NCBI GenBank assembly: GCA_030592985.1
Contig: JAUVIB010000001.1
Location: forward strand, 1 to 32,239
Direction: 5' to 3'
DNA from: Calditrichaceae bacterium
Lineage (GTDB): Bacteria > Calditrichota > Calditrichia > Calditrichales > Calditrichaceae
DNA length: 32,239 nucleotides
Positions 17,406 through 27,012 of this stretch are shown here, in pieces. The number at the start of each line of letters is the position of its first letter. The first letter of the stretch is position 1. The notes beneath the pieces were generated by a model, which saw nothing but the letters and a program-made list of their open reading frames with translations, did not search any database and had not been told where the DNA came from. The position numbers and the translations under genes are program-made.

Positions 17406-18812
17406 ATGAGCGATACCTCTTTGCTGCAATTAAAAGACGATAGACGAATATATATATTAGACACGAATGTTCTTCTTCACGACCCTTCCGCCATTTTCCG
17501 GTTTGATGAGCATATTGTGTTAATTCCCCTTTCGGTTATCGATGAAATTGATGGTAAAAAAAACGATCCTATTATCGGATACAATGCACGGGAGATTAGT
17601 TCCAAACTGGAGCAATTAATAAATCGACGACCTGAGGATAAAATTGACATTCCTATCCCAAACGGGAAGAAGGGATTCATTCTTTTGATTCATGGATACG
17701 TATCAAATAATTTCCCTAAAGAATTATCCCTTACATACAAGGACAATATCATACTTTCACAAATCGTCGGACTTAAAGAGGCCTTTCCGCACAGAGAATT
17801 CATCTTTGTTACTAAAGACCGTAACCTGCGTATTAAAAGTATTGCTCTTGAAATTAATTCTGAGGATTACCAACATGATAAAATTTCCGATGAATACCTG
17901 GCAAGCTTTTTTCAGCCTCTTACTGAAATTCAATTAGATGAAGAAGAGATTAAATCTATTTTTGCATCTCAAAAAAGTGAAAATTGGGATGGGCCCTATA
18001 AAAAGAAATGGCATTTAAGAGAAAATGAGGGAGTTGCATTATTTGACCCCAATAATCATTTTTTTGGAATGGGAATCCGAAAGAGTAATCGTCTGAAATA
18101 TTTTGATTATCACTCAACCAAAATTCTCAGTTATTCTTCTAAAGTGATAGACCCACAATACGAATACAATTTTGAACAGGCTGTGTGTATGCAACAAGCT
18201 ATGGATGATGATATTAAAGTTCAGATTATTATCGGCAGAGCGGGAACAGGTAAAACTCACATTGCCATGGGTGCTGCATTGGAAAAAGTTTTTAAAGAAA
18301 GGAAATACGACTCTATAAAACTTATTAAACCCATTATCACAAAAAGTCGGCTGGGAGAAGATGTTGGATTTTTACCAGGCTCAATGAAACGTAAATTGCT
18401 GCCAAAAATGCGGCCGTTTATCGATAAGCTTCGCCTGTTCACCAAAGAGGGAGAAGAGGAAAATAGTTATAAAAAGTTGTTAGATTCCGGTATTATCGAA
18501 ATAATGAATTTAGCCGATGTTCGGGGTACCGATCTATCTAATGCTTTTGTCATTTTCGATGAAGCCCAAAATGCGAATCCTTTTCAAATGCGTACCTTGG
18601 GGACCAGACTTGGTGAAAATACAAAGTTGATTGTTTTAGGCGACCCGACTCAAATTGACAGCATTTATCTTGACAAATACAGCAATGGACTTATTAATTT
18701 ATATGAAACTTCATTAAAAAAGTCCTCTGATTTTATTGCCCAGATTTGTTTAGTGCAAATGGTTCGTTCTTACACTTCAAAATGGTTCGAAGAATCTTTA
18801 AAATCAAAATAA
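17406..18812 (+). CDS. PIN domain / PhoH-like ATPase fusion (YlaK-like)
   Basis: The N-terminal PIN domain reads YILDTNVLLHDPSAIF...LIPLSVIDEID. The C-terminal PhoH P-loop domain carries GRAGTGKTH and a Walker B (VIFDEAQN), plus LGDPTQID. Confidence 0.85.
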   Translation: MSDTSLLQLKDDRRIYILDTNVLLHDPSAIFRFDEHIVLIPLSVIDEIDGKKNDPIIGYNAREISSKLEQLINRRPEDKIDIPIPNGKKGFILLIHGYVSNNFPKELSLTYKDNIILSQIVGLKEAFPHREFIFVTKDRNLRIKSIALEINSEDYQHDKISDEYLASFFQPLTEIQLDEEEIKSIFASQKSENWDGPYKKKWHLRENEGVALFDPNNHFFGMGIRKSNRLKYFDYHSTKILSYSSKVIDPQYEYNFEQAVCMQQAMDDDIKVQIIIGRAGTGKTHIAMGAALEKVFKERKYDSIKLIKPIITKSRLGEDVGFLPGSMKRKLLPKMRPFIDKLRLFTKEGEEENSYKKLLDSGIIEIMNLADVRGTDLSNAFVIFDEAQNANPFQMRTLGTRLGENTKLIVLGDPTQIDSIYLDKYSNGLINLYETSLKKSSDFIAQICLVQMVRSYTSKWFEESLKSK

Positions 18813-18821
18813 TCACTCAAA

Positions 18822-19907
18822 ATGAACCAAATTATAAACATTAATTCCTTTCATAAAAACTTGCTCAGTTGGTTTGATAATCACGCTAGAATATTACCGT
18901 GGAGACAGAATCCTCACTGGTATAAAACCTATCTTTCCGAATTTATGCTTCAACAAACTCAGGTTGATCAGGTTTTACCTTATTTTCTGAAATTTTACCA
19001 TAAATATCCGGACATTTACGCGCTTGCCAATTTAGAAGAACAAGAGATATTAAGGCAATGGGCCGGGCTGGGATATTATTCAAGAGCGAGAAATCTACGT
19101 AAAGCATCCATAAAAATAGTAAAAAATTTTAACGGAAATTTCCCCGAAACAATTAAAGATGCCTTAACTCTTCCCGGAATAGGAATCTATACTGCCCATG
19201 CAATATTATCAATTGCTTTTAATAAACCGTATGCTGTTGTAGATGGAAATGTTAAAAGAGTAATAAGCCGTCTTTTTACCATAAACGAGGAGATCACCTC
19301 TATAAAAGCATTAAAAAAGATTACTCCTATCTGCGATTTCTTGTTAAACAAAAAATATCCTTCAAAACACAATGAAGCTCTTATGGAATTGGGAGCAACA
19401 ACCTGCACACCAATTAATCCCGATTGTCAAAGTTGTCCTGTTAATTTATTCTGTAAAGCAAATCAAGATAATGCTGTACACCTATTTCCTGTCAGAATAC
19501 CGCGGAAGGCTAAGCGTAATGTATTTTATTATACATTTATTATAAAACATAATGAATATTTTTTATTAATTAAAAGAGAAGCAAAGGGTTTACTTGCCTC
19601 AATGTGGGAATTTCCATCTTTAGAGGGAATTGAAAAGGGTTATTCACAGAAAAAACTGCTCAAATTTATTACTAACGACTTAGGTATCAATGGGAAAATA
19701 GACCATATTTATAAAAGTATAAAACATCAATATACACATCTGTCAGCGAGCTACACCCCGGTTAAAATTACAGCTGATTCTAAGAAGCAAACATTTGAGA
19801 TGTTTCCTGACTGGAAATGGATAAAACCTGGGGAACTGTCCCAATATCCTATTCATACGGCACATAAAAAGATAACTCGAAATTTAGAAATTGAAACCAA
19901 AGGATAG
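18822..19907 (+). CDS. mutY: A/G-specific adenine DNA glycosylase
   Basis: The motifs are LPWRQNPHWYKTYLSEFMLQQTQV, GLGYYSRARNL, the HhH LPGIGIYTAHAI, VDGNVKRV, and the 4Fe-4S loop C-x7-C-x2-C-x5-C (CTPINPDCQSCPVNLFC). The C-terminal domain is NUDIX-like. It starts 9 nt after the PhoH-like gene. Confidence 0.93.
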   Translation: MNQIININSFHKNLLSWFDNHARILPWRQNPHWYKTYLSEFMLQQTQVDQVLPYFLKFYHKYPDIYALANLEEQEILRQWAGLGYYSRARNLRKASIKIVKNFNGNFPETIKDALTLPGIGIYTAHAILSIAFNKPYAVVDGNVKRVISRLFTINEEITSIKALKKITPICDFLLNKKYPSKHNEALMELGATTCTPINPDCQSCPVNLFCKANQDNAVHLFPVRIPRKAKRNVFYYTFIIKHNEYFLLIKREAKGLLASMWEFPSLEGIEKGYSQKKLLKFITNDLGINGKIDHIYKSIKHQYTHLSASYTPVKITADSKKQTFEMFPDWKWIKPGELSQYPIHTAHKKITRNLEIETKG

Positions 19908-22538
19908 ATATCCGATTTCTTTGCCGGCAAGTGTCCTGCCAAAAGCAAACTTTAGCGGACCTAAGAAAGTATTAAACCCAATGCAAGCCCCGAAGGCTGC
20001 TTCCATATCAGCTGTAGTAAGGAGCAGAGTCGGCTCCTGCCATATCCCACCTAAATCATATCTCATCGATAGATATGTCTCCTTAAATATACCAAGTGGG
20101 ATTTTCAAACGATATTCCATTGATAACAAGAGCATTTGTTTACCATATAACTCATTTTTCCAATATCCATAAAAATTATCTATTCCACCCATTCTAAAGT
20201 TTTCTGAAAAAGGCAATGTCTTATCGCCAATACCGAGATGAGCTCTTCCATGCCATGTATGAATAGATTTGAAAGACAAATATCTCTCAAGATGAATCAT
20301 TGCCTTTGTATATCCTTCCTGACTGTTTAAAAGTATATCACTACCACTTTCAAACAACCAGTAAAAATAAGCTCCATTTGTGGGGAATGCACGTTTATTA
20401 CGTCCATCCGTTATAGATTTAAAAGAAATTGTATGTAAGTCTAATATCCGCTTTTTATTGAAATCTCCGGAATAGGCTTTATCTTCTACATTTTCTACAC
20501 GAAATTCTCCAATAATCTGTCCCAAACGAAATAATTGAAAGCCCAATTGTAATTTTATTCCAGTGCGCTTCTCTGAATATTGCCCGATAGTTTGGCCATC
20601 CATAAAAAAAGGATTTATTTCAGCGCTATAATATCCAAGTGCATTAATAGTCAAATATGTTTTAAAAATTCGGTCATTCCGAATACTTATACCATAAAAA
20701 TCATCTAAAGTACCAAAGCGACCGATAAGTGTTGTTTTAATTCCATTTCCAAGAAAATTTTGATCCGTCAACGCCAGGTAGAGTTGCGATTTTCTGTCAT
20801 TATCAATTTTACCTCCAATTTTCATTCGATAATGAGATTTTTCTTTTACATTTACCCTAAGAATATATTTGTTGTTTTTCTTGACAACATTTATGCCAAC
20901 ACGTTCAAAAAGGCCGGATGAATAAACATTCTGTACACCACGGTTAACAACTTTCCAATCAAACACTCTATTCTCGACTGCCCTAAATTCTCGTTGTATC
21001 ACATATTTTTTTGTTCGCTCATTGCCGGATATCTCAATTTTCTCAATTAACCCTTCATCAATATAAATTGAAAGTATACCTCGCTCACTATCAATTTGAA
21101 TATCCGTAAATTGCATAAGTGTATTATTATGTTCATAATAGATATTCCGAATTCGTTTTAGGTCGGATTTTAATGAATCAACATTAATCCGCGCGCCTAT
21201 TTGTAATGAGATATTATTTTTCAGAATCTGTAAATCAACAGTATGAACACCAATTAGATTAATATTTTTTAATACAGCACAGAACTCACTGCTTATTTTA
21301 ATATTTGCTTTACCATGCGTTGTATCGATAATAGCTGTAACTTTTTTATACCATCCTGTCTTAATCAAACTATCTAAAAAAGTATCGATGTTATAATATG
21401 ACAAACTATCACCTCTTTGTATCCATTGTTCTGCTTTTACCTCTTCGGGGACATCAACGGAAGAGATTAGCCACTTAGATAATTTATTTTTCGTCGAAGG
21501 ACTATTAATAAATTCATCAAGGACTAATATTTCTGCTTGCGCGGCTTTTTCACCTGCATCAATCAGTTCACCAATTTGAGAAAAATCAGTATTATTAATA
21601 CCTGAAATTTGCGGACGAATTAAAATATCCGCGTTTCTTTTTTTCCATTCATAACAAGTTTTGGACATTATTGTTGTTACTTGGTCGGCGATTTCCCAAG
21701 GAAGATTTAATTCATTTTTCTTACGTAACACAGCACTCATATCACTTGCAATAACTATGTCCGCCCCCATATCAGATACAACATCAACCGGTAAATTATT
21801 AACCAATCCACCATCTACCAAGAGGAGAGAATCTATTGCAACCGGTGAAAACAAGAGGGGTATTACCATCGATGCATTTATACTCTCCGGTAAGCTTCCA
21901 TCTTTAAGTATGACCATTTTCCCACTTATTATATCTGTTGCAACCACTCTGAATGGTATTTTCAAATCGTCAAAACTATTTTTCACCTGGTACGGTGCTT
22001 TAATAAATAATTCTGTAATTATATTTAATAATTTTTGTCCGGGGGTTAAAGCATCAGGGATATATGGCTTTAATCCTTTAAAACCAATGGATAACAAATA
22101 GCGGTCATACTCTGCTTTTTGCTCCATAAAAAGCGATGTCCTTTCGGTTTTATCGCTGAATATAGTATTCCAGTCAATAGTTTTGAATATTTCTTCAATT
22201 TGCTCAGGATCATAACCGGCTGCATACAATCCACCCACAAAGCTTCCGATACTAGTTCCGGCTATAAAGTCAATTGGTATTTGATGTTTTTCAATGTATT
22301 TTAACACACCAATATGGGCCGTTCCTCTGGATCCACCACCGCTAAGAGCCAATCCGATAGTAGGTTGGTTTTTTATTTTAGGATTGGATATAACAATGAT
22401 TTTACTATTCTTTAATTCAATTCTTTTGCTTAAAATAATGGATTCGGCAGTAATTTCTTGTATAAAAAGAAAGAAATAAAAAATTACGAAAAAATGCTTG
22501 ATTGTATTTCTCCTGAAAATAGATTTAACAACTTTCAT
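19884..22538 (-). CDS. Patatin-like phospholipase fused to POTRA and an Omp85/BamA-type beta-barrel (PlpD-like, type Vd architecture)
   Basis: It has a signal peptide, the oxyanion motif SGGGSRG, the nucleophile motif GTSIG and the catalytic Asp in VDGGLVNNLP. A POTRA-like segment follows (IEKIEISGNERTKKYVIQREF). The C-terminus is a beta-barrel with alternating aromatic residues that ends in ...LSFGFNF. Confidence 0.85.
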   Translation of the reverse strand: MKVVKSIFRRNTIKHFFVIFYFFLFIQEITAESIILSKRIELKNSKIIVISNPKIKNQPTIGLALSGGGSRGTAHIGVLKYIEKHQIPIDFIAGTSIGSFVGGLYAAGYDPEQIEEIFKTIDWNTIFSDKTERTSLFMEQKAEYDRYLLSIGFKGLKPYIPDALTPGQKLLNIITELFIKAPYQVKNSFDDLKIPFRVVATDIISGKMVILKDGSLPESINASMVIPLLFSPVAIDSLLLVDGGLVNNLPVDVVSDMGADIVIASDMSAVLRKKNELNLPWEIADQVTTIMSKTCYEWKKRNADILIRPQISGINNTDFSQIGELIDAGEKAAQAEILVLDEFINSPSTKNKLSKWLISSVDVPEEVKAEQWIQRGDSLSYYNIDTFLDSLIKTGWYKKVTAIIDTTHGKANIKISSEFCAVLKNINLIGVHTVDLQILKNNISLQIGARINVDSLKSDLKRIRNIYYEHNNTLMQFTDIQIDSERGILSIYIDEGLIEKIEISGNERTKKYVIQREFRAVENRVFDWKVVNRGVQNVYSSGLFERVGINVVKKNNKYILRVNVKEKSHYRMKIGGKIDNDRKSQLYLALTDQNFLGNGIKTTLIGRFGTLDDFYGISIRNDRIFKTYLTINALGYYSAEINPFFMDGQTIGQYSEKRTGIKLQLGFQLFRLGQIIGEFRVENVEDKAYSGDFNKKRILDLHTISFKSITDGRNKRAFPTNGAYFYWLFESGSDILLNSQEGYTKAMIHLERYLSFKSIHTWHGRAHLGIGDKTLPFSENFRMGGIDNFYGYWKNELYGKQMLLLSMEYRLKIPLGIFKETYLSMRYDLGGIWQEPTLLLTTADMEAAFGACIGFNTFLGPLKFAFGRTLAGKEIGYLSFGFNF

Positions 22539-22914
22539 TCTATTTCTTAAAAATTGAATTTATTAAAAAATTAGTATATTTCAAATATGTGGCAGTAAAA
22601 TTAAAAGCTCATTCAATACTATATGAGAATATTATACCATTTTGATAATATCGTTATCTCTCAGCTATCAAAAGAGTATTACTTCGCTTGTCTGGCCTTT
22701 GGCAAGGCGGAGAAAAGTATAAACGACCTGAAGAAAAAGGCAGTCGAAGCAATCTCTATTAAGCTTCTATCAAATTTAATTCGGTTTCACAGATTTTATT
22801 TGCTTAGCACATCTACGAAAAGAATTGAAGCAAATGGAATAAAATAAGGTTTTCTTTCTTCATCTAATAAATTATTAGCTAACTATAATAGAGATATTTG
22901 TTATTACAGGTTAT

Positions 22915-25900
22915 TTAATTATCATTTTCCAACGTCTTAAAATATTTTTCAATTAATTTTTTATAATCCTGACTATAACCTTCTTTTAAGGCACGGTTAA
23001 GCGCTTCTTCAAGGTTTTTTTTATCCATGTCATAGATATTTTTTATCTCACCAGGATCATTAGTATTGTATTGTTTAGCAATTTCTGCTTTTCGTTTTTT
23101 TGAATATTCCCGTTGCTGTGCAGATCTTTGCGCATCAAGCAACCTGGAAAGGATTTGCCGTTGTCTTTCAATGGTTTTACGATTTACATTATTTTTAATT
23201 AAATCCTGAATAACCTCTTCCATTTCTCCGGCAACATCACCGATCCGGCCCAACATATCATTCCTGTTTCCCATTTCACCACTCATTTTTTCAAGTGCCT
23301 GCTGCAAAGCTCTTTGTTCGGCTGCTAAGCGTCCCGCCATTTGCTGCTGCTGTGATGGCAGCATTCCGCCTGGTTTGTTACATAAAGTCATCGATTGCTC
23401 ATTTATCTGGCCTTGTCCGTCTGCCATTTGTGTTAATTGCTCCATAAATTCTTCAAAGCCTGTTCCCGAAGAAGATTTTGATAATTTCCCCTTAGAACTT
23501 TGCATTTTCATAAAGCTATCATTTAACCCTGCCATAGCATTCTGCTGATCCCTGGCGGCTTGAGAACCTTGTCCTCTTTCTGTTAAGCCTCTCAAGCTTC
23601 TTTGCATTCCGGTCTGGGCTCTTGCCATCGACTTGCTTATTTTGGGGTCTATAAAAAATGTTTTTTTGGATAACTCAATCACATCAGAAATGGTATGTTG
23701 AAAATTAGATAATATTTCCCCCTGTTTCTCCGCCAATTCCCGTTGGCGAATACTATAATCCGATGAACGATTTGTTTCTGTATATAAATTTTCCTGACCT
23801 TTCGACAGCTCCAGCATTTGTTTCATAATTGAAAGGATCTCTTTTTTAACATCAGCTTTGCCTTGCTCATTAATTTTTTTTTGTGCTTCCTCGAGAATTT
23901 TCTGTAAACTCTTCATATCCTGTTGTACTATATCAGAATTTTTCTGAGCATTATTCAGATCACTATTTGCTATATTTTGTTCAATCTGTTTAATCCCTTC
24001 CTGCATTTTTCCGCTTTGCAGCTTATCATCGGCTCTGTTTAAGAGTTTTTTACTTTCGTTAAATTTATTCAAACGAGGGTTTTTCATAAACTCCTGTAAA
24101 TCTTTATGAAGTGACTGTAAATTTTCTTCCTGTTGTTTTTGCATATTATATAAATTCTTCAAATCTTTTTCACTTGGGGATTTTTCTTTTGATTTTTCAG
24201 ATATTTTCTTCTGTTGCTCGGTCATTGATTTAGATTTTTGTACCAAACGATCCATCTGCTGTTCGAACTGAACCTGCTTTAGCAATTCCATTGTCCGGTT
24301 AATACTCTCGTTAAAGGCTTCCTGGTTAAGTTTAAATTTTCCAAGGGCTTTCTGCACATCATTTGGATTACTTTTATCAATTTGTTTTTGCAATTGTTTC
24401 ATAGCTTCTAACAATTCAGGCGAGGCTAAATCTTTAAACATCTCTTGTAATTTCATATATTTTTCTAAAACTTCTTCACTAATTAAATTGTTTTTATCCA
24501 ATTTTTCTATCATCTTCTCAATATCTTTTTGGACTTTATCAACTTTATTATGCAGTTCTTTCTGCTGTTCAAGAGATTGTTCTAATTTTTGTTTGGCCTG
24601 CCAGTCGAGTTTTTTATTTTTTTTAAGCTCTCTATCTATCTCTTCAAGCTTCTTTTTCAAATCTTCTGATTGTTCTTGTACATCTTTCATCTCATCAATA
24701 TTTTCATTTTCATTTTGGGTAAAGGAATCAAATATATCATCTATAGACGGAAAACGGATATAATAAGTTCTGCTCTTTCCAATTCCTGGTCCCGAAACAT
24801 TATTATTATCATGTATGCGCGCAAAATATTTTATACTTTCACCAAAAGCCAACGGGAGCTTATTAAAATCCCATAAATAATATATTTCCTGACGGTTTTC
24901 CCTGTTATTGTTTAACATCAATCTTACTTTTTTTTCTTGTTCATTATTAGAGCTATCCTCATGCAATATTTGATAAACAAGAAATGCTTTTGTCAAGCCG
25001 AAATCATCTTCAGCCTTAATTGTTAACGGCAGTTCAATATCTGGTGTGACTTCTATATCTTCCCCCGGTTTAGTAATATCAACAAATGGTATATTATCAG
25101 GTAATGTTTGAAGGCGATATTCTATCGGATTGATATTAATTTGCCCTGAAGTGTCTTGTAAAACTATTTTATAACGATCATCATTAATCAGGTAGAATGA
25201 ACCGTTTGCTGCCTTCCCTTTAACTATAAGCGGTATTTTTTTCCCTGATTGAAATTGAATTTCAGCAAATTTTAAAATCTTATTAGCGGTTAGTTTTAGT
25301 TCTATTAATGACCCTGGAAGAGACGAGATATCACCAATATTCCGATTAAGAAACTCTTTCGGTAGAGATGTATAAGACGGTGGCGTGATCGAAACATCAA
25401 ATTTCTGTGCAGAAGGAGGGATTAAAACTTTAACGTGATATACTTTAGAAATAATTTCCTCTCCATACTTCCTTTTATTCAAAACATTTACCAAAATATG
25501 ATAATCAAATGATTTTTTTACAGCAGATATTTTTCCTAGATAATATTCATTTTCTTTTACTAATTCAATGGTATTTCTTTTATCTTTATCCAGAATTACT
25601 TGCCCGCCGGTTATCACAGGTCCATTATAACGAACTCTAAAATTAATTATACTTCCTTTAATAACATCAGCATTACCAGGCATAACATCAAACTCGTAAG
25701 CTGAGATTTTTAAATAATCATTTAACGGATTTAAAAGCCTTTTACTTGAATGTATAATAATATCACTTTGGAAAAAGAACAAAATCAAGCTACCGATAAT
25801 TAACGGTATATAAAGCGAGGGTTTCGGAAGAAAATCATGAAGTGTTATTTTCTGTTTAAAATCAATGTCACCATAGCGCTGCAATGTCTGAATGATTGCA

Positions 25901-26298
25901 GCGCGACTTAGGCTTTGAGAAATATTCTGCTCATCATCACTTATCATTAAATTATAAGTATTAGCCAACTCGTCTCTGATTTCAGGAAATATTTTACCGA
26001 TTTCAAGAGCAATAACGGTGAAATCTGAATTATGATTAAGCTTGAAAAACATTTTAATATTTTGGAAAAAATATTTATTTAGGATGATAATAATAATGCT
26101 AAAATTAATTACAAAAAAACTAACGCGTGTTATTTTAGAAAAATAGAAAGTATGGTCAGCAATAGTAAGACTGAACCATGAAGAAGTTAGTAGCAATAAG
26201 AGAATGAAAAAATTGCCAAAAAATTGATATAATAATTTTCGACGGGCGTAGTAATATAATTTTAAAACAAGTTTTTCTTGTTTTTTATCCATAATCAA
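22915..26298 (-). CDS. Giant membrane-anchored coiled-coil protein (DUF4175-like by recollection; function unknown)
   Basis: The 1127-aa product has N-terminal TM spans and a beta-rich region of roughly 330 aa (e.g. FVDITKPGEDIEVTPDIELPLTIKAEDDFGL). About 400 aa of K/E/Q-rich heptad-like sequence follows, then a Q/M/G-rich segment and a conserved-looking tail (RQRQILSRLLDAQRS...YKKLIEKYFKTLE). The start is TTG at 26298 or ATG at 26292. Confidence 0.6.
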   Translation of the reverse strand: MIMDKKQEKLVLKLYYYARRKLLYQFFGNFFILLLLLTSSWFSLTIADHTFYFSKITRVSFFVINFSIIIIILNKYFFQNIKMFFKLNHNSDFTVIALEIGKIFPEIRDELANTYNLMISDDEQNISQSLSRAAIIQTLQRYGDIDFKQKITLHDFLPKPSLYIPLIIGSLILFFFQSDIIIHSSKRLLNPLNDYLKISAYEFDVMPGNADVIKGSIINFRVRYNGPVITGGQVILDKDKRNTIELVKENEYYLGKISAVKKSFDYHILVNVLNKRKYGEEIISKVYHVKVLIPPSAQKFDVSITPPSYTSLPKEFLNRNIGDISSLPGSLIELKLTANKILKFAEIQFQSGKKIPLIVKGKAANGSFYLINDDRYKIVLQDTSGQININPIEYRLQTLPDNIPFVDITKPGEDIEVTPDIELPLTIKAEDDFGLTKAFLVYQILHEDSSNNEQEKKVRLMLNNNRENRQEIYYLWDFNKLPLAFGESIKYFARIHDNNNVSGPGIGKSRTYYIRFPSIDDIFDSFTQNENENIDEMKDVQEQSEDLKKKLEEIDRELKKNKKLDWQAKQKLEQSLEQQKELHNKVDKVQKDIEKMIEKLDKNNLISEEVLEKYMKLQEMFKDLASPELLEAMKQLQKQIDKSNPNDVQKALGKFKLNQEAFNESINRTMELLKQVQFEQQMDRLVQKSKSMTEQQKKISEKSKEKSPSEKDLKNLYNMQKQQEENLQSLHKDLQEFMKNPRLNKFNESKKLLNRADDKLQSGKMQEGIKQIEQNIANSDLNNAQKNSDIVQQDMKSLQKILEEAQKKINEQGKADVKKEILSIMKQMLELSKGQENLYTETNRSSDYSIRQRELAEKQGEILSNFQHTISDVIELSKKTFFIDPKISKSMARAQTGMQRSLRGLTERGQGSQAARDQQNAMAGLNDSFMKMQSSKGKLSKSSSGTGFEEFMEQLTQMADGQGQINEQSMTLCNKPGGMLPSQQQQMAGRLAAEQRALQQALEKMSGEMGNRNDMLGRIGDVAGEMEEVIQDLIKNNVNRKTIERQRQILSRLLDAQRSAQQREYSKKRKAEIAKQYNTNDPGEIKNIYDMDKKNLEEALNRALKEGYSQDYKKLIEKYFKTLENDN

Positions 26299-26301
26299 AT
26301 T

Positions 26302-26985
26302 TTAATTTAATAAAGCATAAAGGAAAATATTAACAGCCATTTTAAGAGCTTGCATCCGGATAGGTTCCGGGTCATTATGGATCTCAACGTTTTCACAACC
26401 ATCACTGATATCTGTATTGAAACTATAAAAGCATACTAAACGATCATTTAAAATTAATCCATATCCATGGGACGGACCTCCTGCATGTTCATGGATTTTT
26501 GGCACACCCTGATTGAAGTGATAATAATAGTGATAAATAGGATGGGAAAAAGGGAGTTCAACAAACTTTAATTCGGGAAATACTTTTTTCATTTCTCTTC
26601 TGAAGGAGGCATCCATTCCATAATCATCATCTGCAAATAAAAATCCGCCGTTGGATAAATACTCGCGTAAAATTTTTACCTCTTCATTTGTAAAACGGAT
26701 ATTACCATGACCTGCTATATAGGCAAATGGATACAAATTAAATTCAGGATCACCTATCTTGTATGCATCCTCTTTTATTCCAACCTCAATGGAGAATTCT
26801 CTCTCCACTTTATTTAAGATATTTATCCAGGTTGTCTTATTTCCATACCAATCACCGCCGCCGCCATAATGTATGCGAACCGGAACAATTGGCTGCGCAT
26901 TACTGGTACCCATTATTATCAGTAAAAGAAAAAGATATTTATTCCAATTTCTTATATGACAAATTGTATTAACCAAAACAGTCAT
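26302..26985 (-). CDS. Secreted DUF4159-like protein
   Basis: It has a signal peptide (LFLLLIIMGTSNA/QP). The motifs HYGGGGDWYGN, YIAGHGNIRFTNEEVKILREYLSNGGFLFADDDYG and PFSHPIYH match my recollection of DUF4159. Its stop lies 3 nt before the giant ORF. Confidence 0.65.
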   Translation of the reverse strand: MTVLVNTICHIRNWNKYLFLLLIIMGTSNAQPIVPVRIHYGGGGDWYGNKTTWINILNKVEREFSIEVGIKEDAYKIGDPEFNLYPFAYIAGHGNIRFTNEEVKILREYLSNGGFLFADDDYGMDASFRREMKKVFPELKFVELPFSHPIYHYYYHFNQGVPKIHEHAGGPSHGYGLILNDRLVCFYSFNTDISDGCENVEIHNDPEPIRMQALKMAVNIFLYALLN

Positions 26986-27012
26986 TGTATTCTGCTCAAT
27001 TTATCTGATTAC

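Noticed and set aside
22720-22750. CCTGAAGAAAAAGGCAGTCG superficially resembles the SRP (4.5S) RNA helix-8 motif (…CCGGAAGGAAGCAGCC…).
   Set aside because: The flanking bases do not form the required helix around a GNRA tetraloop, and the conserved asymmetric-loop residues are missing. The resemblance comes only from purine-rich composition.
22623-22847. A 74-aa plus-strand ORF in the giant-ORF/patatin intergenic region.
   Set aside because: It has no Shine-Dalgarno sequence, and its sequence is unremarkable and lacks motifs. It runs opposite to all neighbouring genes. The region is better explained as noncoding, and the GC-rich structured segment within it is reported separately as a low-confidence finding.
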